From Octopus sinensis (lineage: Eukaryota): a DNA stretch of 64,000 bases. The notes below the pieces were generated by a model. It made no database searches. It was given only the letters and a program-made list of their open reading frames with translations, and had not been told where the DNA came from. Location of the stretch: NCBI RefSeq assembly GCF_006345805.1, contig NC_043001.1:88040001-88104000 (forward strand), read 5' to 3'. Positions 49,871 to 64,000 of the stretch are shown here, piece after piece. The translations under genes were made by a program, and so were the position numbers. Each line of letters starts with the position of its first letter. The first letter of the stretch is position 1.

Positions 49871-52808
49871 AGAACAATCAAAATCAATCATATATCAGAA
49901 CAATCATATATCAATCATATATCAGAACAATCAAAATCAAATCATATATCAGAAAGCAGGGTTAAGTGACCCATCCGTTTGTGTCCGCTGTCAGCCTCGT
50001 CTGGCACCCGTGCCGGTGATACGTAAAAGCACCATTCGCTTGTGGCCGTTTGCCAGCTCTGCCTGGCCGCTGTGTCGGTGGCACGTAAAAGCACCATCCG
50101 TTCGTGTTCGTTGCCAGCCTCACCTGGCCCCGTGCCGGTGACACGTAAAAGCACCGTCCGTTCGTGGCCGTTTGCCAGCTCTGGCTGGCCCCGTGTTGGT
50201 GGCATGTAAAAGCACCATCCGTTCGTGTCCGTTGCCAGCCTCGGCTGGCCCCCGTGCCGGTGACACGTAAAAGCACCGTCCGTTCGTGGCCGTTTGCCAG
50301 CTCTGTCTGGCCCCGTGTCGGTGGCACGTAAAAGCACCATCCGTTCGTGTCCGTTGCCAGCATCGCCTGGCCCCGTGCCGGTGACACGTAAAAGCACCAT
50401 CCGTTCGTGGCCATTCGCCAGCTCTATCTGGCACCTGTGCAGGTGGCACGTAAAAAACACCCACTACACTCGCGGAGTGGTTGGCGTTAGGAAGGGCATC
50501 CAGCCGTAGAAACACTGCCAGATCTGACTGGGCCTGACGAAGCCTTCCAGCTTCACAGACCCCAGTTGACCCGTCCAACCCATGCTAGCATGGAAAGCGG
50601 ACGCTAAATGATGATGATGATGATGATGATGATGATATATATATACATACATATACACTTATATATTTACATGCAGTTAAATAGAACTCCGGTCATAGAG
50701 TGACCATTACAGTCAGTTAATTTGTAAACAAAAGAATAATATACTCTGAGTTTTAAACAAGACTGGTCCAGATAGCAAATCTTATAGACATAAAAGGTGG
50801 ATAGGGAATCTCTGCCCTTAGGCTCTTTCTGGTTGCAAGAACTTTTTATAGCTCTAATCAATGAAGTGTTTGAAAGGTGGGGGCAGAAGCTGTAGATCTC
50901 ATGTCATGAGTTCAAGAGAGATTTTGGGTCCAATGAGTCTTTAAGAATTCTTACCAGCTCTGCTATGTAAAGCTTGCATTGTCGTGTTTATATAAGACCC
51001 CAGCTGCTCTATGATCCTCAACTTAAATTTGCAAGGGGTTCCTTCTTACTTAAGGCACCACACATGGCTGGCCAGGGATGTGTCTATAAATATATATCTT
51101 TTAATATTTTGCTTAGGTATAGCAATATTAATAACCTGGTGTTAGAACTCAGTATGCACACACACACACATATGGTATAATTATAAACAGGGCAAATTTT
51201 AGCTATTTCTCTGCAGACTGTAAAAATGATGAATAACCTTAATCGATTTTCGAACCTAATTGGGTTCTTATCAGAAGCGTCGACATTATTCTGACATTAT
51301 ATATATTACTTAGCTGAAAGAGCAAAAATCTTGAAAAACCCATTTGTTCTGGGGACAATTTTAAACTCCAAAAAAAGAGATGTTTAGTCAGTGCCTCATC
51401 AGAGGAAATTCATGTTGCAAAAATGGAATACCCCATTTTCTAACTAGGAAAATGCTACCACCTTCTGATGTCTTTGGAAGGGTTCACAGAGATAACTGGA
51501 ATCAATCTATGGGGGATAACTCCGCCTCACCAAAGGTTTTGACAGAAGAGTTTCGTTCTGGAATTTATTTTTTTGTGTACAAAATTAACTGACTATGACG
51601 TTCTTCTCCCTCAAGCAGTAGAGAGGTTACATGCCTCTACCCATTTGAGCCTGACAAGTTGCCTATACTGCTAAGTGCTTCATAGGTGTGAAACCAATGG
51701 TCACTCTCTGACTGGTCATAACAAACAACCTTCTAAATATTAATCCTCTTACGTTTAGAGTGTGCCTCTCAGTAACAAAGAACTAAATACTCAAAACTTT
51801 TTTTTTTCATTTATAAGGTAATAAGAAAGGTGCTGCAGTCCCAAGGCCATGGTAGATTCTCCAAGACTAGTCAGATTGTGGTATCATGCAGTAAAAATTT
51901 CACATGACACTCTGTAGGTTAAAGCCTGTGAAGAAAATATGTGCACAGAAAGAATTTCAGAAGGTTATATTCTGGGGAAGAAGGATTTGGTGAAATGTTT
52001 AGTGTGGAAACTGATGGATTCAACACAACGGAGATGGTATGAAGGAGGGGGAAAAATTAATGTGATAGGTGTTCCTGGATGGAGGTCATATGTAGCTTGT
52101 CAGGGTAATGATGACTATCTAGTCAACTTGGAGATGACTGTTGACTTACATAATGACTTTGTGTACAGTGAGGAAGAGTTGCACATTGTCAACCTTACTC
52201 TATTGTCTGTGACTATCTCCAGTACGATAGAAAAACAAGGTCAAGGCATCTAGGGATGGAGATGGATGCAGTGGACGACCAAGGTGTCTTACTTGTCATA
52301 TCTTGCTCTCTGCACCCCGCATTTCATTGCTCCAGCTGCCTTCCTTTCTATTGAGCCTTGAAGGTTTCTTTTGCAGTATCCACCAGATTCAGTTTTCACA
52401 TGCATAGCCATGCATGCTCTAACTCATCTAACTCATAGTCATGCTCTAACTCATCAAGAATTGCATACTTGTTAACTACCCTCATCTGGTTTAGCCACCC
52501 AGTCAAAGCAGTTTATTGGAGGTGTGGCTGCTGTTACATGTAAATAGCTACTTGGAGACGTAGGTGAGAGTACTGAGAACTATAGTGGTAGTTGAAGAGG
52601 AACTGAGTTCCCTTTCAACTCTCACATGAGGTGGTGGTGATAGTAGAGGTGGCAGTGGGTGATTAGCATTATCTTTAATTCCCCTGCTAATATTTATCAC
52701 CTTTATAAAGAATATATCATACAGACAAAGGAAAGAACTTTACAGAGTAATTTTTTTTAATATGGATTCAAGTCCACTTCCTAAAAGCTTTTGCTTTTAT
52801 TTTAAAAG

Positions 52809-52893
<85 letters not shown>

Positions 52894-55215
52894 AAAATAA
52901 AAAATAACATAATGATTAGAAATAGTCACATGATGTCAACTTGAAGTTACTTAAAACATAGTTTATTTCTCCCTAGAGTTAAACTCTCATGATACGGTAT
53001 CAAGCCATTACTCTAAATTCCATTAAATCTTGGAATTGAATTATAAAATAATTCTCAAATAAAAGCCAATAGAATTTATCCAAGAGTTCGGCTAAAACAT
53101 CAATAATGGAACTATTACTCCAAAATTATTAATGAACTCAAGACTACAAATTTATGTGATTTCAATGTTTAATATTGTTCATGTTATATTTCATTTTCAT
53201 TGAGGTTGTTGTTGCTGTCATCTTCAACATTCATCATTATCAGCATTCTCATCATCATTGTTGTCCTTTTTATGTCTACTTTTTCCATGCTGGCATGGGT
53301 TGATAAGCAATGTCAGGATTCAAGCACATACACTTACACACACATACACAGACTCAAATATGTTAAAAAATACTCTGTGTGTGTGTGCATGCATACCTAT
53401 TTCGTATGATGGACTCTCCCATCGTTAGACGACGTATGAGGGTTTGGTAATTTCTTACCGAACAACCACTCAGATGATTTGTTTATTGTGATCAAATGTT
53501 TGTGTAGACATAAGCTCATTCCCTCCATCAGATCGACATTACCTGCACAGGTGCAATGGGTGCCACATGTCAGATGTCGAAATGATCTCAGAGCAATGTG
53601 AAATGAAGTACTTTGCTCAAGAACACAATGTAACACCTGGTCTGGGAATTGAACCCATGATCTCGCAAATGTGAGTGCAACACCCTAACCACTAAGCCAT
53701 GCGCCTTCAAAACCCATTCATATACACACATGCATAGACACACATCCATGCATATACTCTTTTACTGTTTTACTTGTTTCAGTCTTTTGACTGTGGCCAT
53801 GCTGGAGCACCGCCTTTAGTCGAGCAAATCGACCCCAGGACTTATTTTTTGTAAGCCTAGTACTTATTCTATCGGTTTCTTTTGCCGAACCGCTAAATGA
53901 TGGGGACATAAACACACCACCATCAGTTGTCAAGCGATGTTAGGGGGACAGAGACACACAAACATATACACATGCATAAATATATATATATATACACATA
54001 CATATATATATATATACAATGGGCTTCTTTCAGTTTCCGTCAACCAAATCCACTCACAAGGCTTTGGTCAGCCCGAGGCTATAGTAGAAGATACTTGCCC
54101 AAGGTGCCATGCAGTAGGACTGAATCCAGAACCATGTGGTTGGTAAGCAAGCTACTTACCACACAGCCACTCCTACGCCTATGCATGCATACATATACAC
54201 ACATATATCATTATCATCATTCTCATCATCATTATTGTTTTAACATCTACTTTTCCATATTTGCATAGATTGGATGGAATTCATGGAAGTGGATTTCTAT
54301 GTCCAGATGCTCTTCCTCTTGCCAACCCTCATCTGTTTCCAAGTAAGGTAATATCTCCGTTTGGCCAGAAATGTTTTTCACAGAAGATTCGAAATGAAGA
54401 ATGCTGCTTGTGATAATGATACTTGTTTACAACCCCCATGTGATAAGAAAAAACTAACACACACACACAATCATGCACACACAAGTACCTAAATGTACAT
54501 ATGCACACACATATACATACATGCATGCACACATACATACATACACATATATATATATATATGTATATATGTACATATGTATATATATATATATATACAT
54601 ATATATGTGTGTGTGTGTGTGTAATTAGAAATATTGCATTTCTAAATTTCTCATAAAGACTTATACAGTAGCAGCATGATAAAGTGATGTTTGTTGCCAA
54701 CTTAATGTGGAACTCACAGGAAAGGGAAGAATGCTACTGCTATTTAGCCCCAGGAAACACCGTTTCCAGTTGGCTATGTGACACAAGAGTACTGTGTCCA
54801 TATGTTTTCAAACAGGGGAGATAAACACCTCCACCCAGCAAAGCCAGCATTCAGAGACTAGTTAGCCAACTGGAAACGGTGTCTCCTGGGGCTAAATAAC
54901 AGTAGCATTCTTCCTTTCCTGGCACTGCTACATTAAGTTGACAATAACCCTCACTTTTTCATGATGCTAGTGTATAAGTCTCTCTGAGAGATTTAGAAAT
55001 GTAATATTTCTAATTTTGTAGATCAGTGAATTCATGTTGATTTTTGCTGTTTGATTTAATCATTTTTGATCCCTGTGAGTCACATTGTTGATTATTGTTG
55101 AAGGTCTTCCATAAGGGTGAACCTAATTGTTGGATTATTGAATTGTTCATTGCTGTTGTTTTTGCCTGTTATATTTGTTTTCTTCTCCATTTATGGGTGA
55201 AGTGGCAAGAAAAAA

Positions 55216-56595
55216 ATGATGGAAAGTGAACCAGATGGCAGATATGCTGCAGCAACTGGAAGAAGCTCAACTGCAGACGTTGTACAGGTTTGAGAGGTGA
55301 AATTGGAAGATAAGAAGTTGAAGCAGTTCAACAAACTTATTGAGAAGGGCGGTACCAGCCTGAGGTTGATCCCGCCACAAGATGTCACAGTGAATGTAAT
55401 CAAGTGGACTGTCCACGGCAATGAAAAAAATTGAAATAGCTACTGTGGAAGCATTGGAAGAGTGTCTGAAGGAGATAAAAAGCCTCACGACTTTCTATAC
55501 CAGAGAGAAAAAGTACAGCACAGTAGAGGTTAGGTTTATGAATGAACAGGAGGTGATAAACCAGCCCACTGTGGCGTTAAGGTCATCAGAGTGGGTACTA
55601 CTGCCTACTTACTGTGGTAAACATGTAGCCAGAGTAAGGATTGGCAGAGTACCCCCGGAGATTGATGAGACTTGGCTGGTGGCAGCCATCCTCTATATGG
55701 AAGAAGAAGTTAAAGTATTAGAAGTAACAAGAATGACTGAGGTAAACTGCTGGGGATACGGCCTCAAGGTGGCTGTCCAGGTCAGTTTGCAGGATTTGCA
55801 CAAAATTGCAGAGGAGGTAGTATTAGCTGAGGAAGTGAGATTAAGTGTGGTGGTGGAGGGAAGACCTCCAATATGCTACCAGTGTGGAGTACGAGGACAC
55901 ATGAAGGCAAGAGTCCCCAGAAACACGAACAGGAGCAGCAGGGCAAAGTGAAGGAACAAATCGTTGAAGAGCAAAACACAGGATGTGAAAAGAATACAGA
56001 AAATGTGGAAGAGCAGTTTATGGTGGTGAAGAGAAAGAAGAAGAGGAGAGAAGGAAATGTGGACTCACCACCAAAAAGTCTGCTAAAGAAGAGAACAGAA
56101 AATGTAGAGGAGGCTCAGTGTGAGAGACCAGCAATGCCAAGGGAAACCAGAGGAGAAAGTGAAGTTGCAGAAGTGAAAGAAAGAAAGACGGGAGATGCCT
56201 GTAGTATCGATTGAAAAAGCTACAGAAAAGAATGAGGTACTAATACCAGTAACATAGGAGGAGACCAATAATGGAAAACAGGAAGGATTACAGGAGGGGA
56301 AACATATATGGAATATGATAGAATATAAAAAAAGTGTTAAGATTTAGAAGAGGATTACAAAGATGAAATATGCAATTAGGGTAAAAATACCGTCAAAAGA
56401 GTTCAATGAAACTTCAAAGCAATCTTGCTTGATAGAGCAAGAGGCGAGAAATTAAAAGAACAATTTGGAGATAAAATAGAGGTAACACCAATACAAGTTC
56501 AATTTGATGAATTGCCACCAGTGGTGGAATTTGAGGAATTGACACAGTATCTAGTGGGAAAAAAAAAGGAAGTGAGTAAAAATTTTAAAAATTAA
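55216..56595 (+). pseudogene. Mirror copy of the gag-like zinc-knuckle ORF1 remnant
   Basis: ORFs 55421-55951 and 55873-56214 are identical to the left-arm proteins. Confidence 0.7.
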
Positions 56596-56844
56596 TACTG
56601 ACTTTTAAAAAAGATACAAAAAGGTAAAAAAAGAACTATTTTTTAAACATTATTCATAAACAGTTAAATGACACTGCCTGCAAATGGGGAGCAGGTAAGA
56701 CATTTCATCTTTCATTTTCTTCATTATAATTCATAAATTTCATTCGTTTGTTATATGTTGTATGTATCCCACTTTGCTGTATTGTCCCCCTTAATCGAGG
56801 CTGAGTGCTCAATAAAAGAAATCATCTAGCAAGCCACGCTACTC

Positions 56845-56883
56845 CAGACTGATGAAGAGCAATGACTCTGAAACTAGTCTCTG
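56845..56883 (+). ncRNA. Minimal type I hammerhead ribozyme (canonical core)
   Basis: caga / CTGATGA / agag-caatga-ctct / GAAA-ctag-TC / tctg; palindromic ACTAGT stem III; predicted GUC cleavage after 56879. Confidence 0.85.
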
Positions 56884-57658
56884 AATGCTGGCTTTGCTGG
56901 GTGGAGGTGCTTATCTCCCCTGTTTGAAACCATAAAGACACAGTATGCTTGCGTCACATAGCCAACTGGAAACGGTGTTTCCTGGGGCTAAATAGCAGTA
57001 GCATTCTTCTCTTTCCTGGGACTGCCACATTAAGTTGGCAACAAACCATCACTTTATATATATATATAATGGGCACTAAGCAGTAAGTTTTTGAGGAAAG
57101 AAAATTGAAAAAAAAAAAATTCTAATTCCTCAAATTTTGCAGCAAAAGTTTCAGATCTAAACAGGTAACTCAAAATGTTACCTGCTTTGTTCTTATGGTC
57201 ATTATAAAACCATATATACTGTATATTTTGCATATTCAAGAGCTGTTCTTATCTTAGATTAGCCTGGGGCTATAGAAGATAAAACATGCCTAAGATGCCA
57301 TGTTGTGGGACTGAGCACTTGGCTATCCATAGCCCAAACACTTAACTGTTAATAGTCCAGTTCACATTGCTGTAAGTAGGTATCATACAAAGGTGGACAT
57401 GGAATAGTCAGATAGCTAAAAAGTTTCCTTTGCAATTATAATTTACCAGATTCAATTCCATTTTTTTTGGCATCTTGGACAAATGTCTTTTACCATAGCC
57501 TTGGGTGGGTATGAGACGTTTTGGCAAAATCATTTTGGCATCACCTGTTCAATGTCACTGAAACACTGATTTACCTAGTGTTGTCTCTCATTTTAATGTT
57601 TCTCTGGTTTTCCCTCTTTTTCTCACACTTTTCTCTTTATTCGATCATCTACTTTGTA

Positions 57659-59510
57659 GAAGGGTAAATAAAAAATTATATACACCACACTTTTGTTTCT
57701 GTAACTTATTAAAATAAAAATAGACGTTGAATAATTACATAACATTTCAGCAAACTTTCCTTGCTTTTTGATGCATTTCTTCCAGTGCTCCACAAACTTT
57801 TTTATTCTATAGGAGAAGAATGTTTCCAGCTGGTTACACAGTCATTTATGTAATGCTTCCTGTGCATTTTTGTCCATAACAAAATCAACAACCTCGTAAA
57901 GGAGGTTTGAGCTGTCCAAAGAGGTGACAGTTGGAAGAGGTGAGATATGTAGGGTGATCCAGCAACTCAGAATCCAACTTATTAATGGTTTCAACAATGT
58001 GGGTGTCTGTGTGTGGATGTGCATTGTCATGCAACAACAAAACTTGCTTTGACAATAGATCTCAGTGTTTGGTGCAAATTGCTGGCTTCAGTTTGTTGGC
58101 CAGCATTTCACTGTAGTATACACTGGTGACTATAGACCCCTTTTCCTGGTAGTGTTCCAGGCCCTTTTGTGTCCTCAAAATGGTTAGTATCGCTTTTTTT
58201 TTTATAGAAGATTGAGTCTTGAATTTCATTTTCACTGGTGATTCCTGATGTTTGAACTCTATACTCTGCCTTTTGGATTCTGGTTTAGAGTGATGGGCCC
58301 AGATCTCATATCCTGTGACTATTCTGTCCCCGAAAAAGCTTAGCCTTCATTGTTGTAGTGGTTAAGTAAGTATTAACAGATCATACTTATGCACTTTAGT
58401 TAGCTCTCTTGGCACCCATCTTGCACAGATTTTTTATGAGCAAAGCTTGTCATAGATGATTTCATATGCAGAACCAAGACTAGTTTGCAGAAAACATGCC
58501 ACCTCGTTGATGTCACTCATTGAACTTATTGAACTTTCATGTCACTGGTGGAGGTTTATGGATGTTATGTTCTCTCTTTGTGCTTCACGCTTGTCCAACC
58601 ATAAAAAAATTTTTAGTCCAGTCATACACACAATATGGGGACAGTGCTACAGAAAAGCGTGTGTATGACTGGACTAAAAATTTTTTTATGGTTGGACAAG
58701 CGTGAAGCACAAAGAGAGAACATAACATCCATAAACCTCCACCAGTGACATGAAGTTCAATAAGTTCAATGAGTGACATCAACGAGGTGGCATGTTTTCT
58801 GCAAACTAGTCTTGGTTCTGCATATGAAATCATCTATGACAAGCTTTGCTCATAAAAAATCTGTGCAAGATGGGTGCCAAGAGAGCTAACTAAAGTGCAT
58901 AAGTATGATCTGTTAATACTTACTTAACCACTACAACAATGAAGGCTAAGCTTTTTCGGGGACAGAATAGTCACAGGATATGAGATCTGGGCCCATCACT
59001 CTAAACCAGAATCCAAAAGGCAGAGTATAGAGTTCAAACATCAGGAATCACCAATGAAAATGAAATTCAAGACTCAATCTTCTATAAAAAAAAAAAGTGA
59101 TACTAACCATTTTGAGGACACAAAAGGGCCTGGAACACTACCAGGAAAAGGGATCTATAGTCACCAGTGTATACTACAGTGAAATGCTGGCCAACAAACT
59201 GAAGCCAGCAATTTGCACCAAACACTGAGATCTATTGTCAAAGCAAGTTTTGTTGTTGCATGACAATGAATTTCATCCTCCATCATAACTTCAGAACAGA
59301 GAAATTGGATCACTGACCTCTGTTCTTCTTTGGTGCAGACTGGCAGTGGAGTGGCCATGTAACACAAAAAGAGAAAACTGCAGCAATCAAGATCAAACCT
59401 TGGTTACATAATCACAAGAGTATCACCTTGTAGCTTGTGAGCACTGAAGGCACTGTGACCCTTCTAGTGAAAGTTTTCACCAAAGTGCAGATAATTTTGA
59501 CTTCCCCTCA
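57659..59510 (-). mobile_element. Mirror copy of the mariner with internal inverted repeat (58022-58631 / 58659-59268)
   Basis: Reverse complement of 24766-26619. Confidence 0.85.
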
Positions 59511-62500
59511 TATGTATGTATAATGTCTCTCTCTTCCTCGCTATCTCTCTCTCACACTTTCTATCTGTATGTGGATGAGTCTGAGCAAAAATGTGTATAT
59601 TTGCCTCCATGTACTGTCAACAGATTGAACGTCCAGTCAGCTGTGCCAAATTGTTAAGCATCCAAACAGCAAACTGGCCTTGGGTCAACTTAAGCTTGTG
59701 AATTAAATTGGGTAGAAGGGAATTATGGTGGATTGAACTGGGAATTCTGTAATCCAGTATGGTCCCACATTGTGACATACTGATTCAATCTGGAATTATG
59801 TTAAATATACACACTGTGGAATTTTCAGCCACTTATACATTAATTTGCTGAGTAGGTAGGTTAATTGATTAGTTTAACTTGTAAGTAGGTCAGCTGATTA
59901 GTTTAACAAGTTGGTAGGTCAGTTGGACAGTTGAATATGTAACATTAAAACCAACAGAGGATCAGTCACCTGCACCACACATTAGGTAATGTACTCTTAG
60001 CTGCAGTGTGACTGTTTAAAAATTACAATCATCTCCAGTCAAAGGTCTGTTGGATGAAGACTGATCTTGGGGCTAAACAATACTAACAAGAAGAGCAATA
60101 TTAGTTCCAAAACAACAGTAAAAATAATAACAGCATTGACAAAGAAATATCTGGAAAAGCGAGAGAGAGAGAGAGGTGGGGAGAAAGGAAGAGGGGGTGA
60201 GAGCAGGAGAGAAAAGGTGAAAGACAAAGAGGACAAGAGAGGGTGAGAGAAAGGAGAGGGGGTGAGAAGGAGGGGAGGGTGAGAGAGAGTGAGGAGAGGG
60301 AGTGATAGAAAAGAGGGGGTGAGAGAGAAGAGAGAGGATGAGAGAGATGAGAGGGGATTGGAGAAGAGAGTGAGTGAGAAAGAGGAGTCGGGGATGAGAG
60401 GAGAAAATGAGAAAGAAATGCAGAGAAACAAAGAGAAAAAGAGAGAGAGAGGAGAGGAGAGAGAGAGAGGGGTCAAAATAAAGATGGGAGGAAAAGACAG
60501 AAAGAGAGAAAACGATAGAGAGAAAGAGAGAGGAGAAAAGAGAGGGAGACAGTGAATCATTAATATACTATGATGCTGTTCAATGACAATAATGAAGACT
60601 CCCCAAGGTAGAAGTTAGTTTTATTAATCACGAAAATGTTGCTTAAAACCCATTTACAGCAATCAATTGTTTGCATTAGCTTTCAGTTAGGCGATGGTAG
60701 AGGTGGTGGTGGTGGTGGTGGCAGAGTTGGTGATGATAGTGGTGATGATGGTGATGGCGGTGGTGATGATAGTAATGGTAGTGGTAGTGGTGGTGCTGGT
60801 GCTGGCAGCAGCAGCAGCGGAGGTGATGATGCTGGTGGTTGTGGTGGTGGTGGTGGTAGTGGGGGTAATGATGGTGGTGGTGGTGATGGTGGTGATAATA
60901 ACAATGATGGTGGTGGTAGTTTTGATGATGGTAGTGATAATGGCGTACAGATTTCGAGATAGTCTCACAGACTAAAGCTACCAGTGTTATGAAGCAAGTA
61001 TATGTTAGTGAGGAAACCTCTGCTTGGTTGCTCAGTCATCAAGAAATAGCAGTCAATATGCCCTCAACTCAGCTTTATTTTTTCTTTTATTTCTTTCAAT
61101 CATTGGACTGTGGCTATGCTAATCTTTGAAGGGTGAAGTCAAACAAGTCACCTTCACTGCTTATTTTCTTTTAAGCCTGGTGCTGAACTGCTAATTATGG
61201 GAGCATAAACACACCAACAACAGTTGTCAAGTGGTAATGAGGGTTACCGTGGAGGCGCAATGGCCCAGTGGTTAGGGCAGCAGACTCGCGGTCATAGGAT
61301 CGCGGTTTCGATTCCCAGACCGGGCGTTGTGAGTGTTTATTGAGCGAAAAACACCTAAAAGCTCCACGAGGCTCCGGCAGGGGATGGTGGTGATCCCTGC
61401 TGTACTCTTTCATCACAACTTTCTCTCACTCTTACTTCCTGTTTCTGTTGTACCTGTATTTCAAGGGGCCGGCCTTGTCACTCTCTGTGTCACGCTGAAT
61501 ATCCCTGAGAACTACGTTAAGGGTGCACGTGTCTGTGGAGTGCTCAGCCACTTACACGTTAATTTCATGAGCAGGCTGTTCTGTTGATTCAGATCAACCA
61601 GAACCCTCATCGTCGTAATCGACGGAGTGCTTCCACCACAATGAGGGTTACAAACACAAAGACACACACACATACACGCATGCACACACACACACATACA
61701 CATGCACACACACACACACATATGTACAATGGGCTTCCTCCTAGTTTCTCTTTATCAAATTCACTCACAAAGCATTGGTTTACCTAGACCTATAGTAAAA
61801 GAAACTTGCCTAAGGTATCATGCAGTGGGTCTGAATCATAAGATGTGGTTGCAAAATGAGCTTTTTTTTTTTACTCTAGGCACAAGGCCCTAGGCACAAG
61901 TCAGTTAGAACGACCCCAGTATGCAACTGGTACTTAATTTATCAACCCCGAAAGGATGAAAGGAAAAGTTGACCGTGGCAGAATTTGAACACAGAACGTA
62001 GCAACAGATGAAATACCTATTTCTTTTCTACCCACAAGGGGCTAAACACAGAGGGGACAAACAAGGACAGACAAATGGATTAAGTTGATTACATCGACCC
62101 CAGTGCATGACTGGTACTTAATTTATCGACCCCGAAAGAATGAAAGGCAAAGTTGACCTTGGCGGAATTTGAACTCAGAACATAACAGCAGACGAAATAT
62201 GGCTACACATTTCGCCCGGCGTGCTAACGTTTCTACCAGCTCGCACCTTGCAAAGTGTGCTTTTTAATAATACAACAATGTCTGCACTGTAAAAAGAGGC
62301 ATTGGATACTGTACATATGTAATAATGTATGTATGTATGTATGAATAAATGCATGTATGATTGTATATATAAATGTATGTATCTGTGAAAGGATGTATGA
62401 CTGAATACATGTATGCTTTCATGTACGTATGTGTGTATGCATGTATGTATGTATGCATGTATGTATGTATGTATATATATGAATGCTTGAATGAATGTAT

Positions 62501-63040
62501 GTATGAATGTATGAATATATGTTTAAGTATATGCATGCATATAACAATGTATGAATGCATGTATGTATGTATAACAGAATGTATGCATGAATGTATGTAT
62601 GTATGTATGTATGTATGCATGCATGTATGTATATAGCTGAGTATATGTATGAATGTATATATGCATGCATATATTTATGTATTTATGTATGTATGTATGT
62701 ATGTATGTATGTATGTATAACTGAATGGATGTATGAATGAAGTTTAAATGTATGTATGACAGTATGTATGGCTGCATGTATGTATAAATGATATATAAGT
62801 GATGCTGGGCTTTGTATTTTTTCATAGCTCCCATGGTTACTGAGATAATCTATTATAATAATACTCTTGTGTTTATGAATGAGAAAGGAAGAGGTGACAG
62901 ATGAATAAGGAAGGAAGGTGTGATGTCATACTTGGTAGTAGGATGATGAAAATTGTATACTGACAAAATAAATCAAACAGCATTTCAACTCTGTGTGAAT
63001 ATATGTTATGTGTGTGTATGTAAAAGGGGGGTATGTGAAA

Positions 63041-63088
<48 letters not shown>

Positions 63089-64000
63089 ATGCGCAATGGA
63101 AGTGGGATGGTTCATCTTTGTTCGCTTAGTATTTGGGTTTATTTTTTGATTTGGTTGAATCTTGGTTTTCTTTTTGTTGATCAGTTATTTTTAGCGTTTT
63201 GACAGAAAAAGAAAAGTCATTCTAAAATTGTTTTTAACGTAAGCATGCCCAAACAAGTCAAATGCTTACACAGAGCAGGTTTTTACAGTCACATCATCCA
63301 AACCGATCAGGTGAAACCGGGCTTAGCTGCTAATATATGTATATATGCATGTATGTATAAATGAATTTATATCTGTATACATGCATGCATATAAATAAGT
63401 ATGCATACAAATACATGAACACATGTATGTACATACTCTTGTATACATGAGTACTGGCATGGATGGTATTGCATTTGTGGATTTTATTACAGGCTGAACT
63501 CCATGTCATGAATGTTTCACATATTTTGACTGTATCTTTGACAGTTTAAAGCTGCAATCTTCTGATTCATCATTGTCATCATGATCATCATCAACAGCAG
63601 TGGAGGCGCAATGGCCCAATGGTTAGGGCAGTGGACTCATGGTCGGAGGATTGCGGTTTCGATTCCCAGACTGGTAGTTGTGTGTGTTTATTGAGTGAAA
63701 ACATCTAAAGCTCCATGAGGCTCCGGCAGGGGGTGATGACGACCCCTGTTGTACTCTTTCATTCCAGCTTTCACTCTTTCTTCCTGTTTCTTGTCCCCAA
63801 CTTCCTACGCAACCGCTGAGCCTGGATGCACATTCATCCATCCGTTGATGCTTTCGGTGTCGGGGGTTGACCTGCTTTCTCTTCTGTGGGTCTTACGAAT
63901 AGCAAAGGACCATGTTGCAGACTTCTCCCATCTTGCGAGCTCTGGGACAAAGACCGTTCGCTCAACAAACAAACAATCATCAACAGCAATATTTAACATC

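Overview
This is an AT-rich, repeat-dense eukaryotic non-coding window. Its tRNA-derived SINE families and RTE-type 3' tails look like those of Octopus, though the species is my inference. I found no convincing host protein-coding gene, and nearly all listed ORFs are microsatellite or SINE read-throughs. The dominant structure is a giant inverted repeat: about 20270-35885 mirrors about 48891-64000 (the right arm runs off the window) around a ~13 kb spacer. The arms are nearly identical, differing by scattered substitutions, homopolymer indels and one minisatellite dimer. Recognisable mobile DNA includes a Tc1 element with IR/DR ends and an intact DD34E block, a degenerate mariner with an internal ~610 bp fold-back, RTE and R4/Dong LINE remnants, a gag-like zinc-knuckle ORF1 pseudogene, two Penelope-like GIY-YIG fragments and many SINEs. 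The most interesting signal is a dense set of minimal type I hammerhead ribozymes (HHRs) in Penelope-like terminal repeats. Two are canonical (9030-9072; 56845-56883 with mirror 27397-27435). A variant carrying a compensatory U3-A8 core pair lies in a 362-bp unit that is repeated in tandem and inverted, is retrozyme-like, and sits at both inner breakpoints of the giant inverted repeat. All calls were made by eye with no alignment or database search, and most repeat boundaries are approximate.
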